From Azolla caroliniana (taxonomy: Eukaryota; Plantae; Polypodiophyta), in contig JBHGNT010001255.1 of assembly GCA_043228905.1 (NCBI GenBank), positions 1 through 10,602 on the forward strand: a stretch of DNA of 10,602 nt, read 5' to 3'. The notes beneath the pieces are model-generated. The model was not told the DNA's origin. It saw only the letters and a list, made by a program, of their open reading frames with translations, and did no database searches. Position 1 is the stretch's first letter; the number at the start of each line of letters is the position of its first letter. Of the stretch, positions 1 through 8,019 are shown one piece after another. A program made the translations under genes and the position numbers.

Positions 1-1837
1 AAATATGAAAATATTGGAAAACACAAGCTTTACTATGGACAGATATGCAGATGTCTGATGAAGAATTTGCAAATGATTGCAACTATGAATAGGTGCATAT
101 GATTTTCTGTGCAGTGTTCTAAAGTTTTCACACTTGTGGTGAAATTATGTTTAGGAGTTCCTTAAGGTCTCCAAAGGAGTCTAATAAGTCCTTGGATTGT
201 GACAACGAAAACTATTTTCTAGGAGATCAATAAGTCATTTTGGTACTAGGCATGCTAGTCATGGATTGCAAGTGAGGCATATTTATGTATTAAATCACTT
301 TATGCAAACATGTGAGAACAAATCACTGATACTAAATCCAACAAATCTAAGTATTTTCAATGCATTCACTATTAGGCTCCTATACAATATAACGTGAACA
401 AAAAGAGTGATGAGTATGTATCATAATCACACCATCGACTAATTACTATTGTATTAAGGAAATGGTAGATATATAATAAAAACAATAAATGGTAGAAATG
501 ATTCCATTGTAGCCAGAGGCCATTTATAATCAAAATGATTACTTTGAAAATTTTGAACTTCAAAAGTCATACATATTTTTTTTCTTTTTTGCTAAGAAAA
601 ATGAATTACATTGTAACATAGGTAGGCCCCAAAATAAGTGAAGCCAAATGACACGCGGCATAATGGTCATTGGAGAATTATTCTTGGTGCACTGTCATAC
701 AAGGGGGAAAATGAACTATGACAAGGTAGGGTTGAATTTTCAACAAGATCGGCTACACATATCCATTGTTTTTGCATGTAATAAATATTGCTTAAAGACA
801 ATCTCTGCCTATTGTGTGCAACTTCTTGGAGATTTTTGGCACATGGATGTTTTGAACCATGCACATGGTTTGCTAAAGTCTCATAAAACATACAATACAA
901 GATGCATGGCCGTCGTGGTGAGTCCCACACATACATGGGGGTATCATTTGGAACTTTTGAGACTCATAAACCCTTTTGCAATTTGCCTCATCTCTTTGAT
1001 GGTGATGGATTCCTTTCAACCCTATTATCCCTACCACCATGGAGCACTCAGCAAGTGATATGGTTTGACGAATAGATTGCGGAAAATGAGATGGTACAAC
1101 AAGTTTGTTTGGGTGGCATACTAATATGCATGTGTTTTATGTTGGTAATTGCAAATGTTGTAAAGAGAGTACAAGATTGGCTCGAATCTTTCTCGTAGAG
1201 ATTCAATTTCCAACCCGACTCTTTGATTGTTCGAACATATTGAACAATTTGTGCATTTTATGCCCTAAAAAATATGGCTAAGTTCAACTTAGAAACCTCT
1301 CTATCATCAAAGAAGAGCCTAACCACTAGTGCCCAGGTGCCCTCATGTCTTAGGTTACTTTCGTAAGCATTTTTAAGTAAGTCCATGATCTTCATCATGT
1401 GTACTAACTCATTTTTCATGTGTTCGTTCATTATTCATGCAATTTAAAAATATAGTGTAATGCACATGGAGGATCATGTGTAGTTCCTTACTGCGTTGGT
1501 TACCACAACATTAGCAAGAAATATAATTTAACATTATAACCTTGCCAATCTATGACCATTAAGGAGGCAAACGTACCTTCCAACTTTTCAAATCGATATT
1601 CTCGTGATCGATATCTACGCACCTGGCGCATCATTGCAAAATCCCACATGTGCAGTCGATGGGTTAACACCTTAGCCGATATAATCAATCCCCTTTAGAT
1701 TGGTTGGCAATTGCAAAGTGCGGCCACTATGTTGGCTTGCGAGGAAGCTATGCCTATATAAGGGATGCTTGACGTGATGGGAAACAACACATGCTAAGCA
1801 CCACCCAATTGCAAGTGTGGAGACACTTCAATGGATA

Positions 1838-1908
1838 GTACATACATACATACATAACCACATACGGACAGGCATGCATACATAAGGTACATACATATAC
1901 ATATACAT

Positions 1909-1968
<60 letters not shown>

Positions 1969-2005
1969 CATACATATACACATACACATACATATACACA
2001 TACAC

Positions 2006-2058
<53 letters not shown>

Positions 2059-2083
2059 CATACACATACATATACACATACAG

Positions 2084-2119
<36 letters not shown>
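1838..2119. repeat. Compound microsatellite: short (TACA)n followed by a long (TATACA)n array with TACACA variants (core ~1888-2119)
   Basis: The tandem hexamer is directly visible. It explains the MYMYMY and CICICI low-complexity ORFs on the - strand. A degenerate TA-rich tail continues to ~2186. Confidence 0.97.
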
Positions 2120-2120
<1 letters not shown>

Positions 2121-2175
2121 ATAAATATATGTACATTATACTGTATACATATATCAATATGTATATATAATTTGT

Positions 2176-2247
2176 ACATATATAATAATGCATTGCACCC
2201 TTTCTTCTTCCTCCCTTTTTCTTTTCTGCTTTATTTCTTTCCACCAG
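2176..2247 (+). promoter_or_regulatory. Candidate core promoter: TATA-like ATATATAATAAT followed by a pyrimidine tract (Y-patch); alternatively a 5' UTR intron acceptor region
   Basis: TATA-like run at ~2178-2189, about 170 nt upstream of the ATG. A nearly pure C/T tract at 2198-2242 ends in CCACCAG. Confidence 0.4.
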
Positions 2248-2248
2248 C

Positions 2249-2322
2249 GAAGCAGAAGCAGAAGCAGAAGCAGCAGAAGAAGACAACGAAGTAGAAGACG
2301 CAAGAAGAAAGAGAAAAGGAGA
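2249..2322 (+). repeat. (GCAGAA)n / GAA-rich purine tract in the presumptive 5' UTR
   Basis: AAGCAG repeated about 4 times at ~2250-2273, then GAA/GA-rich sequence. No ATG between 2191 and the start codon at 2355. Confidence 0.75.
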
Positions 2323-2354
2323 ATACTGTGTCTGTTGCAGCTCTCGCCATCGCC

Positions 2355-2427
2355 ATGACGAACGAGAAGGAGAGGGAGGCGCATGTTTATTTGGCCAAGG
2401 TCGCTGAGCAAGCTGAGCGTTATGAAG
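2355..2427 (+). CDS. GF14: 14-3-3 coding exon 1 ([24 protein letters not shown] + G)
   Basis: ATG at 2355 in the context GCCATGA. Contains the conserved YLAKxAEQAERY. Donor AAG|GTACTC at 2427/2428, phase 1. Not shown in the ORF track. Confidence 0.95.
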
Positions 2428-5319
2428 GTACTCTCTCTCTCTCTCCCCTCTCTTGACTGTTTCTTCTTGTTCTTTTGATCCTACCTTCTTCATCCTCCGT
2501 TAAGTGCACTAGAAGATCTCTAGTTTCCTCCATGCTTTTCTTGACCTGAATGTCGAAGTCCAGAGTTGTCAAGCTTTCTGCGGACATTTTCTGACCTGGA
2601 TGACTTGAAGAGAAGACTCTCTAAAATTTATTGGCTAAAATGTTGGGAAAACAGGATATTATTTGGGGTTTATTTCATGTAAATGTTAAGAAAACGAAAT
2701 ATCTCAAAGTTCAGAGTCTCTTTGGCCTGAATGTTAAGAAAAAAATACAGATCGAAAATTTCCCTGCTTCTTTTTGGCTTAAATTTTCAGAAGTTGAAAG
2801 TTTTCAAATTTTATAAGCATTCCATCATCTGAAGATTGGGAAGAAGAAATATTTCGTAGAGATTTTTTACTTCAAGAAGAAGATGACCAAAAAGCTCCAA
2901 AATGTTCTGCATCCTTTTCTGACTTAAAAGTTTTGAAGAAGAAACGTTTTAGATAGTTGGCGATTTCTTTGATGTAAATGCGAACATCATGAAAGTTGTA
3001 AACTTCGGAAGTTTTTCTTTGATCCAAAACACTGAGAATAGATTTTTTTTGATTAATTCATCAATTACTAACCTATATGCTACATTTCTGAACAGAAATG
3101 GTGGAGTTCATGAAGAACGTGGCTAAACTTGATGTTGAACTCACTGTTGAAGAAAGGAATCTTCTCTCAGTGGGATATAAGAATGTTATTGGTGCTAGAA
3201 GAGCTTCTTGGCGCATATTATCTTCCATCGAGCAGAAGGAAGAGAGTAAAGGAAATGAACAACACGTGCAACAGATAAAAGATTATCGCAAGAAAGTAGA
3301 AGGAGAACTTACCGATATCTGTAATGATATCTTAACTGTGATTGATGAGCATCTTTTACCATCATCTAGCTCGGGCGAGTTTGCTGTCTTCTACCATAAG
3401 ATGTATGCCAAATTGTTTTTTCGGTCTTTGTTTTATTATCATGAGATGTATACTATCGGCTTGTTCTTCTGTCCTAAGATATCTTTGAATCATAGTTATA
3501 TTTATGATTAGAATACGTTTTAGAATGCTCTGAAGTATTTAACATGTATTCTACATTTTAGAACCGTTATTTAAAATATCCACGTATTTATTGTAGTCCA
3601 AACGTCTACATATTTAAGTATTTTTATGTTCTGTAAAAAAAAGTTCTGAAAAAAAAATGTAAAAATAAAAAATTGGCCGAATTTCAGTGGTAGATGCAAG
3701 GCAAATATAAGAAGGGTGAATACTCTGAAAATACTTGGCGTCAATATTCTACAATATTCTATGCATATTGTATGCTAAGCATTTTACAACTGTGATTAGA
3801 ATGTTCTGATATGTTATCATGATATGTATTATCAAGCTAGATATTACAATTTTCCATACGGTGTAGTGTATCCATGTTGTCATCTTTCTGTAATATTGCT
3901 GTTGTCAATGGATAGTTCTGATATGCATTGTCTTCTCCATTTTTTTAGGAAAGGTGATTATTACAGGTATTTATCTGAGTTCAAAACTGGAGAGGAAAGG
4001 AAACTAGCTGCTGATCAATCTCTGGCATCTTATCAAGTATGTTTTGAAGTCGTAAATTGTTCATAATTTTGTTCAATATAAATGATCGAATAAATTAATA
4101 TATTATGAAAGCATAAACAATATAAATATTGGGTGAATGTTTAACTTCCTGTAATGTGCTTATTTTATATTATTATTACCACTGCATTCTTGAAATTTCG
4201 TAAAATTTATTTGATCTTTCAAATTTTATGATGGAAATGAAAGGGCAAAACCATGATAAATAGTTAGTGAATATTTCCACCCCATTTTGTTTGCATGGCC
4301 TTGGAATTTACCATGGAAGAATGTGTTAGTTAAGTTTGGTTCATGTGTTAGTTAACTTCCTGTAATGTTCTTGACGTAGATCAGAGGTGTGATGTTGATC
4401 TTTTGGCAACTCTGAACACTGAAATCAGCATGATGCTGCTCTCTTTGTGCTGTTTTATGTGTTCATTTTTTTGTTCTGTTAATTTCTGTGTTTATGGAAG
4501 GCTCTAGTAATTGTATGTGATCATTTTTGTTCAGACAGAATAATATCTAAACCATAGCCATGAGAATATTTGCTAATATTATAGATATATATAAGACAAT
4601 TTTACTAATCGTGGACCCACTGGTTTGGCAGGCTGCATCTACCACTGCATCTACTGAATTATCTCCTACACATCCAATTAGGCTTGGCTTGGCATTGAAT
4701 TTTTCAGTGTTCTATTATGAAATTGTCAACTCACCAGAGCTGTAAGCTGATTCGTGAATATTGAAGTACTATAAAAGTTAAAATTTATGGGGAGAGCTCC
4801 TGAAACTGTGTTTTTCTTATATACCCCAATAACTATGATTTTCGTTGTTTGCCCAAACACCCAGGTTCGATCCCCAAAAGAGAGAAAAGGGGGATGAATT
4901 GACCTTTCAATTGCTCAATATAGTGAATATGATTTCTTGGCTGGGTGTTTACTGAGGGCGTTTGGGAAACAATGAAAAGTAACTAGTGTTTGTGAGGTAA
5001 AGAAGAATTTCTCATTTCACATCCAAATGTTGATTGTTTATGTCAGGGCATGTCAGCTTGCAAAACAAGCATTTGATGAGGCTATTGCTGAACTTGATAC
5101 GCTCAGTGAGGACTCTTATAAAGACAGCACTCTGATTATGCAACTCTTGAGAGATAATCTCACTCTTTGGACATCGGATCTGCAAGATGATGGAGGTTTG
5201 TGATTCAAATCTCATGCATTTGATTTTTTTGCATTTAAGTTCTAGGTGGTATTGAGTGTTTTTGTTTTATGCATTCAGGTGATGACATAATCAAAGGTGA
5301 AGAGAAAGAGGTAATTTAA
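2355..5319 (+). CDS. GF14: 14-3-3 protein (plant epsilon group, GF14/general regulatory factor family), spliced: join(2355..2427,3096..3402,3949..4036,4632..4741,5047..5195,5279..5319), 255 aa
   Basis: Joined by hand, the exons total 768 nt in one open frame: [79 protein letters not shown]...[17 protein letters not shown]...[20 protein letters not shown]...[55 protein letters not shown]. Both 14-3-3 signatures are present (RNLLSVxYKNV; [20 protein letters not shown]). All five introns are GT..AG with matching phases. [18 protein letters not shown] and the 6-7 exon layout are typical of the plant epsilon group. The exact orthologue cannot be named. Confidence 0.96.
2431..2452. repeat. (CT)7 microsatellite / GAGA-type element at the start of intron 1
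   Basis: ctctctctctctct at 2431-2444 directly after the GTA donor. GA/CT repeats are known BBR/BPC binding sites in plants; function here is inferred only. Confidence 0.7.
3096..3402 (+). CDS. GF14: 14-3-3 coding exon 2 (EMVEFMK...[10 protein letters not shown])
   Basis: Acceptor AACAG at 3091-3095, with a perfect TACTAAC branch point at 3066-3072. Donor AT|GTATGC at 3402/3403, phase 2. Matches the N-terminal part of ORF 3098..3511. Confidence 0.96.
3949..4036 (+). CDS. GF14: 14-3-3 coding exon 3 ([12 protein letters not shown]...SLASYQ)
   Basis: Acceptor TTTTTTAG at 3941-3948 and donor CAA|GTATGT at 4036/4037. Length 88 nt. Contains the KGDYYRY phosphopeptide-binding motif. Confidence 0.96.
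4632..4741 (+). CDS. GF14: 14-3-3 coding exon 4 (AASTTAS...[25 protein letters not shown])
   Basis: Acceptor GGCAG ends at 4631 and donor CT|GTAAGC is at 4741/4742. Length 110 nt. Contains the conserved [17 protein letters not shown]. Confidence 0.96.
4839..4978. repeat. Imperfect inverted repeat (foldback) in intron 4
   Basis: The left arm TTTTCGTTGTTTGCCCAAACACCC (4839-4862) matches the reverse complement of 4956-4978 (TTTTCATTGTTT-CCCAAACGCCC) with 2 mismatches and 1 gap. Weaker complementarity extends outward to ~4811/~5006. Confidence 0.75.
5047..5195 (+). CDS. GF14: 14-3-3 coding exon 5 ([12 protein letters not shown]...[12 protein letters not shown])
   Basis: Acceptor TGTCAG ends at 5046 and donor GAG|GTTTGT is at 5195/5196. 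Contains the C-terminal 14-3-3 signature. Not shown in the ORF track on this strand. Confidence 0.95.
5279..5319 (+). CDS. GF14: 14-3-3 coding exon 6, acidic variable tail ([13 protein letters not shown]); may instead end at 5310 and splice to exon 7
   Basis: An 83-nt U-rich intron ends with TTCAG at 5278. The phase-1 join gives an acidic tail typical of 14-3-3 C-termini. In-frame TAA at 5317-5319, with an internal donor-like GAG|GTAATT at 5310/5311. Confidence 0.8.
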
Positions 5320-5765
5320 CCTTTTCTTGCTCAATTAAAGGCCAAGTGAAATATCATTGTTTATAATTCCTTGTATGTCAAGTCCGTAGTTATAATGTTG
5401 CATTTTCCGATGATTATTTTGTAAGATTAATGTTTGTCTCCATGACTTTTGTGATGTGCAGTAATGTAGCCCGTGTTTGTTCAACAAGGTCTTTGGAGCT
5501 CTGTTGCAGCATATTTTCAATTAAAGCATTAGCTATGACAAGTTCGGTGCATTTTTCTTTCCATATTTTTAACGTGTTGCCTAAATTCTAGCCATGGATA
5601 TCTATCATCACATTACCTAATGTCAAAACAGAATATCAGTGGGCCATTCGGTATAATGGTAGTGTAAAGTTGCATGATAGATCAAGACCATTTGTGATCT
5701 AGTTTCATGACCTAACTGTTGGTCGTTGTGTTGGTCTTGAGACATCAAATGAACCTGTCGTTCAG

Positions 5766-5960
5766 GCTTAAGATTTACTGATTCCCTGATTCATCTTTAT
5801 ATTTAGCTTGTGTTGGATGTCTGTTGTTTGCAAAAATATGTTGATAATGATCCAGCTTAATTTAGGGTTAATATAAAACGTCACTATCATTTGGTGGTAA
5901 ATTGAAGTTCCATGTTTGTATCTGTTATAATAGAAATGCTCAGTTTTCCTTTCATTCAGC
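5766..5960 (+). other. Putative terminal exon 7 (GCT TAA at 5766-5771) plus 3' UTR; the end coordinate is approximate
   Basis: TTCAG acceptor at 5761-5765, with a CTAAC branch-like motif at 5712-5716. The phase-0 join yields ...GEEKE-A*. The sequence that follows is U/UG-rich, like a plant 3' UTR. No transcript evidence. Confidence 0.4.
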
Positions 5961-6577
5961 ATCCTACTTTATTGGCCATTTCATTGTCCATTCCATGTTA
6001 TTTGTGGCTTACAATTTGATTCTATATTTTTCATTGGGGTATAATAAAAGTTCAATTGGGTTCATAAAAGTTCTAAATACATGCATTTTTCCTTTTGTCA
6101 ATGAAGGTTATTGACCGAAATAGAAACATCATGAAGTAGAATTTTATGTGCAACCTTCCTTTTCATGGGATGTATTTTTAAGTCATGTCCCCGTATCATA
6201 TGACAGATTTCTACCAATGGCAATCTCATCATTTGCGTAATAAGTTTTTGTTATTTATTGAGAAATATCTTCAGACGTTTTTGTAAGTTGACATGAATGA
6301 TTTTGTAGAAAATGTTGCCTATTGCTTTTATTATTTCCTATTGTGTAAACATTATAGATAGTTGATTAACAAATAGAAATCTATAGCGTTCACAAAAAGG
6401 CCAATCTTTATTCATGGAACACAAGTTTTCTTGATATGTGGTAAACTGAATAAACCCCATGCAAAATAAACTCACTTTTCATTATAGAAAGAGGCTATTT
6501 CAAAGTTTGGTAATTGACCATGCTTTTGTGCAATTTTCATCATAGAATTTAGGACAAATGAACTATTGAGTCCTACA

Positions 6578-6604
6578 TGGCCCTGGCCCTGGCCCTGGCC
6601 CCCC
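6578..6604 (-). repeat. (TGGCCC)4 minirepeat; canonical G-quadruplex motif on the - strand
   Basis: The - strand reads GGGGGG-CCA-GGG-CCA-GGG-CCA-GGG, which fits four G3+ runs with 1-7 nt loops. Confidence 0.8.
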
Positions 6605-6895
6605 ACATATAGTGGAGTAATTATTACAATGTACATTTGATGTAGCTTTAGCCTAAGTGGATCATTTATGTTGTGACATATTGGGAATGGCAACAACTTA
6701 TGCTATATAAAATCAAATAAATTATGGATTCTATTCCAAAACTTTGTTGCCCCCTATAGCAGGGTAATTCTTACAATAAACATTTGATGTAGTTTTAGCA
6801 TCAGTGGATCATTTCTTGTGTGATATATTGAGAATGGCAACAACTTATGCGATATAAAATTAAATAAGTTATGAATTCTATTACAAAACTTTGTT
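6603..6895. repeat. Two-copy tandem direct repeat, period 147 bp (6603-6748 and 6750-6895)
   Basis: Anchors GTAATT (6617/6764), GAATGGCAACAACTTATGC (6685/6832) and ACTTTGTT (6741/6888) are all offset by 147. A hand count gives 16 mismatches over 132 nt (~88% identity) with no indels. Confidence 0.93.
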
Positions 6896-8019
6896 AGTTG
6901 TTGGTAAGATGTAGTGTTCAATTGTGCCATTTCATTGACTTCATTCTCGTGCTTATAAGTAGAAAGTCAATGACTCACAAGTTGCAAAGGTTGATCGACA
7001 ATAGCTCAAGAGATTCTTATTACTAGTTGTAAGTTGTATGAACAATGATGAGTGATGAGAATCATCCTTGTTAATTGCTACTAGCTAGGAACCTACATCG
7101 TAGATCATCCACACAATATAAATATGCATCTTATTACCATGATTGTTATTGCACATGTCATGTTTTGTTTTGGACAGCTTTTAGTTGCTTGCTTTAGGAC
7201 CATAGACCTATTTCCTCCCCATTCTTGTTGAAGGGTGAAAGTTTTCCATTTGTCTCCTATGACTCTTTCAAAAATGTTGTTACATGCAATGTGATATTTA
7301 AAAGGGCTTGGATGGTTGGAATGTTGTCAAATCCTATCATTGTACACCATGCTAACCTTTGTTTTCAATGTATAATTTGATTACAAAATCAAATGATACA
7401 TCCTTAAGATTTATATGCTTTGTCGAGCCATCTTTGTCTCATCTTTCGTATCCTAAGAACTTATCATGAAATTAGAACTCTCGAGGCCTTTCAAATGTTA
7501 TGCTTCATCAAAACTTGTCTGACAACAAAAGCTATTAGAGTTATTTCAATCAAGGTATGGTGAGGATTAGTGTGTGGCTAATTTTTCCCATTTAGAGTAC
7601 ACATGAAAAAGTACAACTTCACTATTTCAAGCCTTAACCCTAATAAATGTCCACGTCCTTGAGCATTAAAACTCTTTTATGTAACAATGAGCATAGAACT
7701 CAAGCATATACCTCCTATTCTATTGAGCCTTTAGGTATCACTATCAAATTCGGTATGTTATGTGGCCGAAAATTTTATAAATATAAAATAGTTATCATGC
7801 TAATACCAATATCTACCATCAAACAAGAAAGAATAGATTTGCTATATTGAACATGCTATATGGAAACACAAGTCTATGTGCCTCCCAATATAAAGACTAG
7901 GTATGTATTTGAAAACCCAATTTAGCTACCTAATGCTAGATAGTTAATAATGATCATATTCTTTGTCATTGGCATATTATATCAATGTAGTGGGAAGACT
8001 AACTAGAGGGTCATGAAAA

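Noticed and set aside
648-1058. 136-aa + strand ORF and the overlapping 89-aa - strand ORF
   Set aside because: No recognisable domain or motif, a composition rich in H/C/M typical of CA/TG-rich non-coding DNA, and no supportable exon structure.
1754-2179. Minus-strand ORFs 1754..2179 (poly-MY) and 1828..2079 (Cys-rich poly-CI)
   Set aside because: These are direct translations of the stop-free (TGTATA)n microsatellite. There is no evidence for a real Cys-rich or metal-binding protein.
2119-2493. Minus-strand ORFs 2119..2493 and 2154..2411 (poly-SA, poly-L)
   Set aside because: They are antisense to 14-3-3 exon 1 and its low-complexity leader repeats, which explains their composition.
2630-2945. 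Short repeats in intron 1 (AATGTTAAGAAAA twice; several GAAGAAGA)
   Set aside because: They are short, AT-rich and irregularly spaced, consistent with local slippage or chance.
3403-3511. Extensions of ORFs 3098..3511, 3824..4066 and 4560..4745 beyond the 14-3-3 homology
   Set aside because: These are intronic read-through. Similarity to 14-3-3 stops exactly at canonical GT/AG splice sites.
4850-4900. Functional tRNA gene around the B-box match GGTTCGATCCC
   Set aside because: There is no A-box at the proper spacing, and no acceptor stem or anticodon arm.
5012-5215. Minus-strand 67-aa ORF
   Set aside because: It is the antisense shadow of 14-3-3 exon 5.
5241-5278. In-frame alternative acceptor TCTAG at 5241-5245 that would add 11 codons
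   Set aside because: It would leave a 50-nt intron, shorter than usual for plant introns. The 5278 acceptor has the better U-rich tract.
6603-6895. CRISPR-like or prokaryotic repeat array interpretation
   Set aside because: There are only two long contiguous copies with no unique spacers and no cas genes, and the context is a eukaryotic intron-containing locus.
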